A DNA stretch of 64,000 nucleotides from an uncultured Bacteroidia bacterium (GTDB lineage Bacteria > Bacteroidota > Bacteroidia > NS11-12g > UBA9320), in the NCBI GenBank assembly GCA_963924815.1, contig CAWURO010000002.1, forward strand, positions 1,667 to 65,666, given 5' to 3'. A program made the position numbers and the translations under genes. How positions within the stretch are numbered: the stretch's first letter is position 1; each line of letters starts with the position of its first letter. The notes under the pieces were generated by a model. The model was given only the letters and a program-made list of their open reading frames with translations. It made no database searches and had not been told where the DNA came from. This document shows, in pieces, positions 10,415 through 21,166 of the stretch.

Positions 10415-11782
10415 ATGAAGAAATTAATAAGTACATTAAAGAATATCTACTCCATTGAGGATTTAAGAACAAGACTTCTCAATCTTTTATTACTATTGGT
10501 AGTATATAGGATTGGAACGTTTGTGGTAATCCCAGGGGTAGATCCGCTTATCTTAAGTGATCCTAATTTTTACGGTAATAACGAATCCGGAGGGTTATTA
10601 GGACTTATTAATACATTCTCTGGAGGAGCTTTTGATAGAGTGTCTGTATTTGCGTTAGGCATAATGCCTTACATTTCAGCGTCTATTGTAATTCAGCTTT
10701 TGACAATTGCTGTCCCATCTTTCCAAAAAATGCAGAAAGAGGGCGAAGATGGTAGAAGAAAGATAAATGCAATTACTCGCTACTTAACTATTGCAATTAC
10801 AGCTGTTCAAGGTTTAGCATATCTAATTAACTTAAAATCTCCAAGCGGCAAGCCTCTTGCGCTAATGTCAGAAACGACAGACGCTTTGGGTTGGACAACA
10901 TTCTTAATCGTAGGTACAATGATTTTAATATCAGGAACTATGTTTACGATGTGGTTGGGAGAACGTATTACAGATAGAGGTGTTGGTAACGGGATATCCA
11001 TTATCATAATGGTAGGTATTATTGCCAGACTCCCAGCATCACTTTTAGCAGAAGTCGTTGATCGTTTTCAAGGAAGTCAGCTTATGCTTTTAATTGTAGA
11101 AATAGTTATTTGGGTTCTTGTTATTTTAGCGGTAATAGCTCTAGTACAGGCAACACGAAGAATACCTGTACAATACGCGAAGCGAATAGTTGGAAATCGT
11201 CAGATGGGTGGAGTTAGACAATATCTGCCACTTAAGGTAAATGCAGCAGGTGTAATGCCTATCATCTTTGCGCAAGCTTTGATGTTCTTGCCCGCAACCG
11301 CTACTCAGGTTTCCTGGTTCCAAGATTCAGGTTTCTTGAATGGATTATCAAATCCTTATGGATGGGGGTACAATGCCTTATTCTTTACATTAATTGTGCT
11401 ATTTACGTATTTCTACACGGCTATTACCATAAACCCAAACCAGATTGCAGAGGATTTAAAAAGAAACGGTGGTTTTATTCCAGGGGTAAAGCCAGGTAAA
11501 AAGACAGCAAATTTTATAGGAGCGGTTATGTCACGTATAACATTACCAGGTTCTATATTCCTAGGGTTTGTAGCTATATTTCCGGTATTCGCGATCATGA
11601 TCGGAGTGAACGATCAGTTTGCACAGTTTTATGGAGGTACATCGTTACTGATTATGGTAGGTGTAGTTCTAGATACATTACAACAAGTAGAACAATATTT
11701 AATCATGAGACATTACGATGGACTTATGAAAACAGGTAAGATTAAAGGTAGGTCGTCTGTAGGAGGAGCTATCACAGGATAA
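10415..11782 (+). CDS. secY: preprotein translocase subunit SecY
   Basis: 455 aa polytopic membrane protein in the canonical position after rplO. Confidence 0.95.
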   Translation: MKKLISTLKNIYSIEDLRTRLLNLLLLLVVYRIGTFVVIPGVDPLILSDPNFYGNNESGGLLGLINTFSGGAFDRVSVFALGIMPYISASIVIQLLTIAVPSFQKMQKEGEDGRRKINAITRYLTIAITAVQGLAYLINLKSPSGKPLALMSETTDALGWTTFLIVGTMILISGTMFTMWLGERITDRGVGNGISIIIMVGIIARLPASLLAEVVDRFQGSQLMLLIVEIVIWVLVILAVIALVQATRRIPVQYAKRIVGNRQMGGVRQYLPLKVNAAGVMPIIFAQALMFLPATATQVSWFQDSGFLNGLSNPYGWGYNALFFTLIVLFTYFYTAITINPNQIAEDLKRNGGFIPGVKPGKKTANFIGAVMSRITLPGSIFLGFVAIFPVFAIMIGVNDQFAQFYGGTSLLIMVGVVLDTLQQVEQYLIMRHYDGLMKTGKIKGRSSVGGAITG

Positions 11783-11828
11783 TTTTGCGTAAGAAGAGAA
11801 AAACATTAATTTTGCAGCCCTTTTAAAA

Positions 11829-12047
11829 ATGGCAAAACAGCAAGCAATAAAGCAAGATGGTATCATCACGGAAGCGTTATCTAACGCAATGTTTCGTGTG
11901 AAGTTGCAAAACGGACACGAGATAGTGGCAACCATTAGTGGTAAAATGAGGATGTATTATATCCGAATCTTACCAGGAGATAAAGTGCAAGTTGAAATGT
12001 CGCCGTATGATTTAACCAGAGGCAGAATTAGTTATAGATATAAATAA
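11829..12047 (+). CDS. infA: translation initiation factor IF-1
   Basis: 72 aa S1-like protein; [31 protein letters not shown]. Confidence 0.9.
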   Translation: MAKQQAIKQDGIITEALSNAMFRVKLQNGHEIVATISGKMRMYYIRILPGDKVQVEMSPYDLTRGRISYRYK

Positions 12048-12051
12048 CAGA

Positions 12052-12168
12052 ATGAAAGTTAGAACATCAGTTAAAAAAAGATCTAGCGATTGCAAGATCG
12101 TAAGACGCAAGGGACGTATCTACGTCATCAATAAGAAAAATCCAAGATTTAAGCAAAGACAAGGATAA
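12052..12168 (+). CDS. rpmJ: 50S ribosomal protein L36 (38 aa; absent from ORF track)
   Basis: I translated it by hand: [38 protein letters not shown]. Classic L36; sits between infA and rpsM. Confidence 0.8.
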   Translation: MKVRTSVKKRSSDCKIVRRKGRIYVINKKNPRFKQRQG

Positions 12169-12170
12169 TA

Positions 12171-12548
12171 ATGGCACGTATAGCAGGTATAGATTTACCA
12201 AGAGGTAAAAGAGGTGTAATAGGTTTAACCTACATACACGGTATAGGTAGCAGTAGAGCTTCTTATATACTTAAATCAGCGAATGTAAGCGAGGATAAAA
12301 AAGTTCAGGATTGGTCAGATTCTGATATCGCAGGTATTCGTGAGTTCATAGGTCAAGAGTTCAAAGTAGAAGGTGAGCTTAGATCAGAAGTACAGACTAA
12401 CATAAAGCGTCTTATGGACATAGGATGCTATAGAGGACTTAGACATCGTAAAGGTTTACCTTTAAGAGGTCAAAGAACCAAAAATAATGCTCGTACACGT
12501 AAGGGTAAGAAAAAAACAATGGCTAATAAGAAAAAAGCTCCTAAATAA
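12171..12548 (+). CDS. rpsM: 30S ribosomal protein S13
   Basis: [14 protein letters not shown]...; 125 aa. Confidence 0.95.
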   Translation: MARIAGIDLPRGKRGVIGLTYIHGIGSSRASYILKSANVSEDKKVQDWSDSDIAGIREFIGQEFKVEGELRSEVQTNIKRLMDIGCYRGLRHRKGLPLRGQRTKNNARTRKGKKKTMANKKKAPK

Positions 12549-12555
12549 TTAGAAC

Positions 12556-12945
12556 ATGGCAGGAAGTAAAAAAACAGTTAAAAAGAGAAAGGTTATTATA
12601 GATGCAAATGGTTTTGCATTTATCAAATCTACATTTAACAATGTTATTATCTCGATAACCAATAGTCAGGGTCAAGTAATATCTTGGAGTAGTGCTGGTA
12701 AAATGGGTTTTAGAGGTTCAAAAAAGAATACGCCTTATGCAGCTCAAGTTGCAGCTCAAGATTGTGCAAAGGTAGCGGTTGATTTAGGTCTTAAAAAAGT
12801 TGAGGTTATGGTAAAAGGTCCTGGAGCTGGTAGAGAATCAGCTATTAGAACGTTAAACCAAGCGGGATTAGAAGTATCTGCAATAAAAGATATTACTCCA
12901 CTTCCACATAATGGATGTAGACCACCTAAAAGAAGAAGAGTTTAA
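12556..12945 (+). CDS. rpsK: 30S ribosomal protein S11
   Basis: 129 aa; conserved alpha-operon position. Confidence 0.95.
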   Translation: MAGSKKTVKKRKVIIDANGFAFIKSTFNNVIISITNSQGQVISWSSAGKMGFRGSKKNTPYAAQVAAQDCAKVAVDLGLKKVEVMVKGPGAGRESAIRTLNQAGLEVSAIKDITPLPHNGCRPPKRRRV

Positions 12946-12975
12946 TAATATTCACAAGGATTAAGAAGAATAATA

Positions 12976-13578
12976 ATGGCAAGATATAGAGGACCCAAAG
13001 CGAAAATTGCTCGTAGATTTAAAGAACCAATATTTGGACCATCTAAGGCTCTAGAGAAAAAAAACTATGGACCTGGACAACACGGCAATAGTAGAAGAAG
13101 AGGTAAACAATCAGAATATGCTATACAGTTGGCTGAAAAGCAAAAAACTAAATATACGTATGGTGTATTAGAAAAACAATTTGCGCTTACTTTTGACAAA
13201 GCAGCTCGAAAAAAAGGAATAACTGGAGAAAATCTTCTTAAATTTCTTGAAGCGAGATTGGATAATACAGTGTACAGATTAGGTATAGCACCTACTAGAA
13301 GAAGTGCCCGTCAGTTGGTAGGTCATAGACACATTCGTGTTAACGGTATCGTTACTAACGTAGCGTCATGCCAAATGAAACCAGGTGATGTAATTGAAGT
13401 AAGAGAAAAATCAAAAAGTCTTGAGCTTATTACGGATTCTTTGGCAGGTAAAAAATCGTTTAGCTGGTTGGAATGGAACTCTGCAGAGTATAAAGGTACT
13501 TTCCTTAATTATCCAGAGAGATCAGATATTCCAGAGAATATTAAAGAACAATTAATAGTAGAACTTTATTCTAAATAA
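12976..13578 (+). CDS. rpsD: 30S ribosomal protein S4
   Basis: [15 protein letters not shown]...; 200 aa. Confidence 0.95.
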   Translation: MARYRGPKAKIARRFKEPIFGPSKALEKKNYGPGQHGNSRRRGKQSEYAIQLAEKQKTKYTYGVLEKQFALTFDKAARKKGITGENLLKFLEARLDNTVYRLGIAPTRRSARQLVGHRHIRVNGIVTNVASCQMKPGDVIEVREKSKSLELITDSLAGKKSFSWLEWNSAEYKGTFLNYPERSDIPENIKEQLIVELYSK

Positions 13579-13582
13579 TAAA

Positions 13583-14575
13583 ATGGCGATATTAGACTTT
13601 CAACAACCTGATAAGGTTATAATGCACAAAGAAACAGCCAATTACGGGTTGTTCGAGTTTAGCCCTTTGGAAAGAGGATATGGTGTAACTGTAGGTAATG
13701 CCATGAGAAGAATATTGCTTTCTTCTTTAGAAGGTTGGGCAATAACATCGGTTAGAATAATTGGTGTTGATCACGAATTTTCGACTATTAAAGGTGTTTT
13801 AGAAGATGTAACAGAAATCATACTTAACCTTAAGCAAGTAAGATTCAAAAAACTGATTGATTCTAACGAAAGCGAAAAAATATTTATTTCTCTTAAAGGA
13901 AAAGATGTTTTTAAAGCGGGTGAAATTTCTCGTTATACAAATGCTTTCGAAATCTTAAATCCAGATTTTGTAATTTGTAGCATGGAGCCTTATGTAAATT
14001 TTGAGGTTGAACTTACCATTGAAAAGGGTAGAGGCTACGTTCCTGCTGATGAAAATATTCAGGAAAATGCACCTATTGGCGAAATCGCAATCGATTCTAT
14101 TTTTACTCCCATAAAGAATGTGAAATATCACGTTGAAGATTTTAGGGTTGAACAAAGAACGGATTATGAGAAGCTTATTTTTGAAGTAAAAACCGATGGA
14201 TCTATTCATCCTGAGGAGGCACTGAAAGAGGCTTCTAAAATAATGATTAGACATCTAGTTCTATTTTCGGATGAAAGCATTCTGGAGGATACTCAAGTAC
14301 AATCTCAAAAAAATGAAGTGGATGAAAATATGCTTCATATGAGAAAAATACTTAAAACCTCATTGTCTGACTTAGATCTTTCTGTTAGAGCATACAACTG
14401 TCTAAAAGCTGCTGAGATCAGAACATTAGGTGAGTTGGTAAGTTTTCACATTGAAGATTTATTAAAATTCAGAAATTTTGGTAAGAAATCACTGACTGAA
14501 TTAGAGGATTTTGTAAAAGAAAAAGGGCTTAACTTTGGTATGGATGTAGCGAAGTATAATCTAGAAGACGAATAA
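13583..14575 (+). CDS. rpoA: DNA-directed RNA polymerase subunit alpha
   Basis: 330 aa with N-terminal assembly domain and C-terminal alpha-CTD ([19 protein letters not shown]). Confidence 0.95.
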   Translation: MAILDFQQPDKVIMHKETANYGLFEFSPLERGYGVTVGNAMRRILLSSLEGWAITSVRIIGVDHEFSTIKGVLEDVTEIILNLKQVRFKKLIDSNESEKIFISLKGKDVFKAGEISRYTNAFEILNPDFVICSMEPYVNFEVELTIEKGRGYVPADENIQENAPIGEIAIDSIFTPIKNVKYHVEDFRVEQRTDYEKLIFEVKTDGSIHPEEALKEASKIMIRHLVLFSDESILEDTQVQSQKNEVDENMLHMRKILKTSLSDLDLSVRAYNCLKAAEIRTLGELVSFHIEDLLKFRNFGKKSLTELEDFVKEKGLNFGMDVAKYNLEDE

Positions 14576-14587
14576 TATTATAGTACA

Positions 14588-15112
14588 ATGAGGCACGGGA
14601 AAAAATTTAACCACTTAGGTAGAAAGAAAGCACACAGAGAAGCTATGCTTAGTAACATGGCAAGCTCATTGCTTACTCACAAACGTATATTTACTACTAC
14701 AGCAAAAGCCAAAGCTTTACGCGTTTATGTAGAACCACTTATAACTAAATCAAAAGATAATACAACGCATTCTAGAAGAGTTGTATTTAGCTATTTACAG
14801 AGTAAAGATGCAGTAAACGAATTGTTTACGACTATCGCTCCTAAAGTAGCAGAAAGACCTGGAGGGTACACACGTATTCTTAAAACAGGGAATAGATTAG
14901 GTGACAATGCTGATATGTGTATGATGGAGTTAGTAGACTTTAATGAGTCTATGTTGGAAGCAAAATCAGCCAGCGCAAAGGCTAAAGAGGGTAGCAAACG
15001 TACACGTAGAGGAAGTAAGCCGGTTGCTAAAACTGCAGATGCTACTGTTCAGGAAGTTGTAGAAGTTGTAGAAACAACTCCAGAAGTAACTGAGAAGAAA
15101 GTAACGACATAG
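14588..15112 (+). CDS. rplQ: 50S ribosomal protein L17 with ~50-aa Ala/Lys/Glu/Thr-rich C-terminal extension
   Basis: [24 protein letters not shown]...; 174 aa. Confidence 0.9.
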   Translation: MRHGKKFNHLGRKKAHREAMLSNMASSLLTHKRIFTTTAKAKALRVYVEPLITKSKDNTTHSRRVVFSYLQSKDAVNELFTTIAPKVAERPGGYTRILKTGNRLGDNADMCMMELVDFNESMLEAKSASAKAKEGSKRTRRGSKPVAKTADATVQEVVEVVETTPEVTEKKVTT

Positions 15113-15160
15113 AAACTAAAGAAGAGGCATAGTTCTTTAAAATATAGTTTAAATTATAAT

Positions 15161-15193
15161 AAGGCTTGCAGTTTACTGCAAGCCTTATTTGTT
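15161..15193 (+). terminator. rho-independent terminator ending the ribosomal super-operon
   Basis: 11-bp perfect stem AAGGCTTGCAG / CTGCAAGCCTT with loop TTTA, followed by ATTTGTT. Confidence 0.7.
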
Positions 15194-15227
15194 ATATCAC
15201 GTTAAGATTTTACAATATATTCGCATA

Positions 15228-16445
15228 ATGAGATGTTCCCTAGTAATACTTGTTTTCTTTTCATTTCTTCATTTAGTAGCACAAGATCATTCTGGCTGCG
15301 ATGGCAATAAATACAGGAGTGTAATCTTTGATGAAATTGATGTCTACTCAGATATTAAATTTAGTGATGGTAAAACAATTGCGGGTAAACAAGTTGATTT
15401 ATACTTGGATATATATACTCCTAAAGGAGATAACAGCGTCAATAGACCTGTAATAGTTTTAGGTTTTTGGGGAAGTTTTATTAGTGGTAAACGGACTGAT
15501 ATTGATTGGTTATGTATAGAATACGCTAAACGAGGTTTTGTTGCGGTTTCTATTGATTATCGTTTGTATGATTTGCCGCTCATCCCATTTCCTTCGCCTG
15601 GAGATATGCAAACGGTGGTAGTGAAAAGTGTTTTGGACATGAATACTGCTATACAATTTTTAATAGATGATGCAGCTACCTCAAATACTTATGGCATTGA
15701 TACAAGCGCTTTATTTGTCGGGGGTGTTTCGTCAGGAAGTATAATGGCATGTCACACTGCGATGTTGGATAATTCTGATAATTTACCAAGTTATATATTA
15801 AATAAACTTCGAACAGAAGGTTTAATTACGGATACCACAACATTGTTAGGGAGTAAAGATATAAAAGGTGTGATTAACTTCTCTGGAGGACTGCATATAG
15901 GAAATTGGTATGAGTCTTCTGATCCACCTCTGTTTAGTTGTCATGATGATGCAGACGGCATCGTTCCTTACAAGAATGGTTATGGCCGGATATTTGGTCA
16001 AAATATTGTAGAATTAGCGGGTAGTTTTATATTAGATAGTTTAGCGAAAGATAGAGGTATGAATTCTGAACTAATCACCATTCCTAATAGCGCGGGTCAT
16101 GTTAGTTATTTTATAAAAGAGGCGCAGAGAAATGAAATAATTCAAAAAAGTGCTGTTTTTATGTATAAGCTGTTATGCAGCGATAGGGCAGACGCTATCA
16201 AATTTTTGGATCAGAGTACGGTTATAACTAGTCCTAATCCATTTTCGATTGAGCTTAGAGTGAATGTCTCGAGTGCGGGTTGGAATCAGGCGGAATTATT
16301 AGATATAACAGGCAAAGTGATAATGACTGCGAACTCCTTTTCAGAAGAAATCCGCTTTAAAACGGATACATTGAGTGCCGGAGTTTATATTGTGAGAATG
16401 TTATCCGAGAATAAAAATAGTGTAAAAAAAGTAATCAAGGAATGA
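15228..16445 (+). CDS. secreted alpha/beta-hydrolase (esterase/lipase-like) with T9SS C-terminal sorting domain
   Basis: N-terminal signal peptide (MRCSLVILVFFSFLHLVAQ), nucleophile-elbow GVSSGS, C-terminal Por-tail-like ~80 aa. I chose the start at 15228 because the track start at 15189 lies inside the terminator hairpin. Confidence 0.65.
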   Translation: MRCSLVILVFFSFLHLVAQDHSGCDGNKYRSVIFDEIDVYSDIKFSDGKTIAGKQVDLYLDIYTPKGDNSVNRPVIVLGFWGSFISGKRTDIDWLCIEYAKRGFVAVSIDYRLYDLPLIPFPSPGDMQTVVVKSVLDMNTAIQFLIDDAATSNTYGIDTSALFVGGVSSGSIMACHTAMLDNSDNLPSYILNKLRTEGLITDTTTLLGSKDIKGVINFSGGLHIGNWYESSDPPLFSCHDDADGIVPYKNGYGRIFGQNIVELAGSFILDSLAKDRGMNSELITIPNSAGHVSYFIKEAQRNEIIQKSAVFMYKLLCSDRADAIKFLDQSTVITSPNPFSIELRVNVSSAGWNQAELLDITGKVIMTANSFSEEIRFKTDTLSAGVYIVRMLSENKNSVKKVIKE

Positions 16446-16478
16446 TTTCGATAGGTAAAAGAAGGGTGCCCTTGTTCT

Positions 16479-17573
16479 CTATAAATCCTTTGTTAAGCCT
16501 TGTACCACTTTGTAACCGTTAAAAAACTCCTTAGCAACGATTCTTATAAAGGAATAAGCGGGTACTGCGACTATCATGCCGATTAATCCAGCCAATGAAC
16601 CTGCCGATAGTATAACTATGAAAATTTCCAGTGGGTGAGCTTTTACACTTTTTGAAAATATGAGAGGTTGTAATATAAAATTGTCTAATACTTGAGCGAC
16701 GGCAAAAGGAATAAGAGCCTTAAGAACAAATGCTGTTAGTGCTACGTCTGGATGAGCTTCTAATTGACCCGTAGCGGCAAGACTAATACCAATAAGTCCT
16801 CCTAGAAGAGGTCCTACGTATGGGATAATGTTAAAAATGCCAGCCAAGAAACCAATAAGCAGAGCATTTTTAACACCTAATACCATAAGACCTACCGTTA
16901 CTATAAGCATGATTATACTATTTTGTATAACTACTCCTACAAAATAGCGCGTAAGTAAATCTTTTGTTTCATTAAGGATGGTTTTTATCTTTTCCAAGTA
17001 TTTATCGGGTGTTATACTTTCTACTACATTATCTACAATATTGCCGTCTTTAATTAAGAAAAAACTGATAAAAAGTATGGAGAAAGCTGCAATAATGGAA
17101 TCCGAAATGCCACTTAAAATATTTTTAACATAATTTCCAATATCTCCCATACTGAAAATCTTATTCACTTCTTTGTTGAGAATAGTTTGCAACTCAGACT
17201 CATCTATGTTCGCTTTTTTCATCCATTCAGAAGCAGATTCAATTACAGGTTGTACTCTACTCACCACTGTGTTGGCATCGATCTCTGAAATGATATGTGC
17301 TTGTTCAATGACGGTTGGAACGATAAGTTTAAAAAGTCCAATAATAATAAAGACAAAGGTGACTAATACAGTGGCAGATTTTAACCAGTTGGGCATCTCC
17401 CAATCTTTAAACTTAACTTCATTAAGCAAACGCATTAAAGGTCTCGCTATGAAAGCGATTATGGCCGCTGCAAAAAAATAATATATGATGAATCGGACGT
17501 TCCACAGTAAATAACCTAATATGAGGGTCCCGATGATCCCGAGTAGAAGACGTATATTTTTATTCTGTAGCAT
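16479..17573 (-). CDS. AI-2E family (PerM/UPF0118) permease
   Basis: 364 aa, ~8 TM helices, typical AI-2E layout. Confidence 0.55.
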   Translation of the reverse strand: MLQNKNIRLLLGIIGTLILGYLLWNVRFIIYYFFAAAIIAFIARPLMRLLNEVKFKDWEMPNWLKSATVLVTFVFIIIGLFKLIVPTVIEQAHIISEIDANTVVSRVQPVIESASEWMKKANIDESELQTILNKEVNKIFSMGDIGNYVKNILSGISDSIIAAFSILFISFFLIKDGNIVDNVVESITPDKYLEKIKTILNETKDLLTRYFVGVVIQNSIIMLIVTVGLMVLGVKNALLIGFLAGIFNIIPYVGPLLGGLIGISLAATGQLEAHPDVALTAFVLKALIPFAVAQVLDNFILQPLIFSKSVKAHPLEIFIVILSAGSLAGLIGMIVAVPAYSFIRIVAKEFFNGYKVVQGLTKDL

Positions 17574-17970
17574 GTTTATCTGAACAAATTTCGGTTAAAA
17601 CACGGTTGGTTGATTTTGGATGTAAAAAAGCTATTATTTTACCATCTGCACCATCCTTCCCTTCTTGATGTATTGCTTCAAACCCTTCTGATTTTAATCG
17701 TTTGAGCTCTGAGTTTACATCATCTACGGCAAAAGCAATATGATGCAATCCTTCTCCCTTAGTTTCAATAAATTTATAAATGGGGCTGTCTTCTGAAGTT
17801 GCTTGTAATAATTCTATTTTTATTTCGCCTACTTGAAAAAAAGAAGTTATCACACCTTCGCTCGTTACGCCTTCCATCTTGTAGTGTTGGGTGTTTAATA
17901 ACTTGGCAAAAAGTAAATTACTTTCTTTAATGTCTTTTACCGCTATCCCAATGTGTTCGATTTTTTGCAT
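17560..17970 (-). CDS. mce: methylmalonyl-CoA epimerase (VOC/glyoxalase fold)
   Basis: 136 aa, IEHIGIAVKDI ... GEGLHHIAFAVDDV; overlaps the downstream permease by 14 nt. Confidence 0.65.
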   Translation of the reverse strand: MQKIEHIGIAVKDIKESNLLFAKLLNTQHYKMEGVTSEGVITSFFQVGEIKIELLQATSEDSPIYKFIETKGEGLHHIAFAVDDVNSELKRLKSEGFEAIHQEGKDGADGKIIAFLHPKSTNRVLTEICSDKHATE

Positions 17971-18115
17971 CGCTACAAGTTTAGGTAATAGTTCTAATTT
18001 TTCTTAAAAATTCCAACTATTACATTTACTGAAATAACCATTACATCTTTTCTATAGAAAATAATGGCTGAATAGATTGTTTCTTTTTTAAAGTGAAATC
18101 TGTTGAAGTAGTTTT

Positions 18116-19315
18116 TTATATAATTCCCACCTCTTTCATACAATCTGTCATAGTCATCAAGGTGCGTTCAATATCAGCATCTAGGCCAATAGAGAAGCGG
18201 ATTAATCCATCGCTCAATCCCATCGCTTTCTGCTCGTCTTCAGGTATTTCTGAAGATGTGGAGCTCCCAGGAGCGCTAAATAGTGTTTTATAAAATCCTA
18301 AACTAACTGCTAAATATCCAAGGTTGCGATGTTGCATTAGTTCCATTAATTCATTTGCCTTTTCAAGGCTACCCGTATCAAGTGTAAGCATTCCACCATA
18401 TCCATACTCGGCATTCATCACCTCTTTAAATATATGATGCGACGGATGTGAGGGTAAACCAGGATATACTGTTTTTAATCTCATTAGTTCGAAACGTTCC
18501 GCTAGAAATTGAGCGTTTTTACTGTGTTGCTGCATACGGATATGAAGTGTTCTTAGGTTTTTTAGAATGGATGCGGATCTAAAACTATCCATGGTTGATC
18601 CAAGAAGCATGCAAGCACCACTATTTACGTCGCGAAGCTGATTAATAAACTCTTGCGTCCCACAGACTACGCCACCAACGGTATCGCTAGAGCCATTTAT
18701 GAATTTTGTTAGGCTATGTATAATAACATCTGCTCCTAGTTTGTAAGGTGATATCGATAAGGGAGAGAAGGTGTTATCAACGATTAATTTTAGATTGTGT
18801 TTCTTGGCTATGGCGGATAGTGCTTTTATATCTGCTACTTCGAGCAATGGGTTGCTGACACTTTCACAATAAATTACTTTAGTTTTTGGAGTTATGGCTG
18901 CTTCTACCGCTGCAAGATTTGTAATATCAATGAAAGAAGTGTCAATTCCGAAACTAGGGGTAAAATTTTTAAGAAACGCATAGGTGCCACCATATATGGT
19001 TCTGCTACAAACGACGTGATCATTCGCTTTGCATAATTCAAGTATTACTGCGGTTATAGCGCCCATACCAGATGCCGTTACATTAGCAGTTTCTGTTCCT
19101 TCCATGGCGGCAAGCGCTTGTCCTAAGTACAGATTTGAAGGAGATGAGTGTCTTGAATAGAGATAACAACCATCTGCGTTTCCTTCAAACGTATCAAACA
19201 TCGTTTTAGCGGATAAAAAAGTGTATGTAGACGAGTCGGATATAGAAGGATTTACTCCTCCAAATTCTCCGAAATATTGTAAATCTTGTATGTGATTAGC
19301 TGGTTTAAATTCCAT
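18116..19315 (-). CDS. Cys/Met-metabolism PLP-dependent enzyme (methionine gamma-lyase / cystathionine gamma-synthase family)
   Basis: SRHSSPSNLYLGQALAAMEG...ASGMGAIT and the PLP-lysine motif HSLTKFINGSSD. Confidence 0.7.
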   Translation of the reverse strand: MEFKPANHIQDLQYFGEFGGVNPSISDSSTYTFLSAKTMFDTFEGNADGCYLYSRHSSPSNLYLGQALAAMEGTETANVTASGMGAITAVILELCKANDHVVCSRTIYGGTYAFLKNFTPSFGIDTSFIDITNLAAVEAAITPKTKVIYCESVSNPLLEVADIKALSAIAKKHNLKLIVDNTFSPLSISPYKLGADVIIHSLTKFINGSSDTVGGVVCGTQEFINQLRDVNSGACMLLGSTMDSFRSASILKNLRTLHIRMQQHSKNAQFLAERFELMRLKTVYPGLPSHPSHHIFKEVMNAEYGYGGMLTLDTGSLEKANELMELMQHRNLGYLAVSLGFYKTLFSAPGSSTSSEIPEDEQKAMGLSDGLIRFSIGLDADIERTLMTMTDCMKEVGII

Positions 19316-19415
19316 CCTACAAGTTTAAGCAATTGTTTACTCCTAGCTAATTGTAAAGACTTAGTGTGATAATTAAGAACCTTTCTAATAAGTTTAAATA
19401 AGATTATTTTATAAA

Positions 19416-21020
19416 TCACCAAGTCGCTATACGTTTGTAAACTGTGCCATACCTTGTTTTAATATGGAAATATAAAATTTGATTCACATTGTCGGTTAAT
19501 TCTAAGCTTACCTCCCTCATCGGTTGTTCTGAGTGCTCGAGTAGCAGTTTGCCTGACGCGTCGAAAACACATATAGATAATATAAGATCTTCTGCTGAGC
19601 GAATGGTAAGCTTACCGTTGATAGGATTGGGGTAAATTGTCAGGTTTTGACTTTCTACCTCTCTAAGCGCATTGGTACACGGTGAACACATAGTGCCTCC
19701 GCAATCTATGCCTTCTTCATCTCCGTTTTTTATTAAATCTCTGCAACTCCATGAAGTCTGTACAGTATTGGCTTCTTGAGCTAAATTTGCTATTACAGCC
19801 TGTTGCTGAGAAGTTACACTGCCCATATCTATTGGGTTATACTCAAACAAGTCTGTGAGTAAGTCGTAAAATTCCTGTGATCCATTGGCCAGCTGTATCA
19901 GCTTATACTGATTATCACGTACAGCCCAGCTGTAGCCCGTTCCGTCTTTGAATTCCGTATAATTATATGGCCTACTATCTCCCGGTTGGCCAGTGAGTAA
20001 ATGCTTAAAGCTTAGGCTATTATACAATCCGCCATCCAGGTTTACGCCGGCTATTTCAAGTACAGTAGCATATATATCGAGTACTTGTATCAATGCTTTT
20101 TCTCGTTCACCTTGTCTGCTTACACCACTGCCTGCCACTATCATAGGTACTCTAACACCACCTTCGTAAACGGTGCTTTTGCCATGCATTGGCGGATAAT
20201 CGCGTAATACGGAACCGGAAGTGCCATTGTCACCTATAAAGATAACGAGGGTATTTTCTCTTTCAGCCACTGACATAGAAGCAAACAATCTATTGATATC
20301 GTAATCTATTGATTCTATCATAGCGATAAACTGGCGGGTGTTATTCCCTGTATTTATGATGCTATACATTTGACTTGGGGGCACGTGAAAGGGGGTGTGC
20401 GGAGCCGCATGTGCTAGCCAAAGAAACCAAGGTTTTGTTTGTTTTTGGGTCCAAGAAATAGCCGAGTCTGTAAATACAGAAGTAACATAGTCTGTATTAG
20501 TTATCGTAACTCCATTGGTAGTTTGTTGCCATAAGGAGTAATCGGCGGGGAAACCGTCCATAAAGCCAGTATAGAAATCGGCTCCGTGCATACTAGGATG
20601 ATTGGGGTTGGTAGGCATAGAAATGTGCCATTTGCCTACTACGGCTTTGGTGTAAGCATCGTTGGTTTCCGATGCCAACATACGCAAAACAGAAATATGT
20701 GAAGTGTCTAAATTGCCAGGCACCCCAAAAACACCAGTCTTAGAACCGTGTTTGCCGCTCATAATAATGGCTCTGGTAGATGAGCATACTGGAGTAGCCC
20801 ATACGTTGCTAAACGAAATGCCCATAGCTCGCAAACTATCGAGAGTAGGCGTGATAGGTTTTAGCGTTTGATTGGTAAATCCGTTTAGGGCATCTGTACC
20901 TAAATCGTCGGCTATTATGAGCAATATGTTAGGTTTTTGGGCTTGGAGCTTGATGGGCAATACAAAAAGAATTATGATGGTAGCAATTACTGCAATTTTG
21001 TAATATCTTATTTTTAGCAT
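19416..21020 (-). CDS. sulfatase-family (alkaline-phosphatase superfamily) secreted hydrolase with T9SS C-terminal domain; atypical CSSTR active-site motif
   Basis: Signal peptide, PNILLIIADDLGTDAL, CSSTRAIIMSGKH; C-terminal ...LTIYPNPINGKLTI... Por-tail. Confidence 0.7.
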   Translation of the reverse strand: MLKIRYYKIAVIATIIILFVLPIKLQAQKPNILLIIADDLGTDALNGFTNQTLKPITPTLDSLRAMGISFSNVWATPVCSSTRAIIMSGKHGSKTGVFGVPGNLDTSHISVLRMLASETNDAYTKAVVGKWHISMPTNPNHPSMHGADFYTGFMDGFPADYSLWQQTTNGVTITNTDYVTSVFTDSAISWTQKQTKPWFLWLAHAAPHTPFHVPPSQMYSIINTGNNTRQFIAMIESIDYDINRLFASMSVAERENTLVIFIGDNGTSGSVLRDYPPMHGKSTVYEGGVRVPMIVAGSGVSRQGEREKALIQVLDIYATVLEIAGVNLDGGLYNSLSFKHLLTGQPGDSRPYNYTEFKDGTGYSWAVRDNQYKLIQLANGSQEFYDLLTDLFEYNPIDMGSVTSQQQAVIANLAQEANTVQTSWSCRDLIKNGDEEGIDCGGTMCSPCTNALREVESQNLTIYPNPINGKLTIRSAEDLILSICVFDASGKLLLEHSEQPMREVSLELTDNVNQILYFHIKTRYGTVYKRIATW

Positions 21021-21166
21021 AAGGGTTTATTCAGTTATTGAATTATGGGTTCTTTAGTTCGACGTTGTTTTTGGTTTTTACCTTTACCCTTACGAATATC
21101 ATTTCAAAAATTGGTAGAGCACCATTTTGTTCAATAGCATAATCAGGGTTTGCCCATTTCATTCTT

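Noticed and set aside
15189-15227. Track start codon for the esterase ORF at 15189
   Set aside because: It lies inside the rplQ terminator hairpin. The downstream ATG at 15228 gives a canonical signal peptide (MRCSLVILVFF...), so the shorter CDS was preferred.
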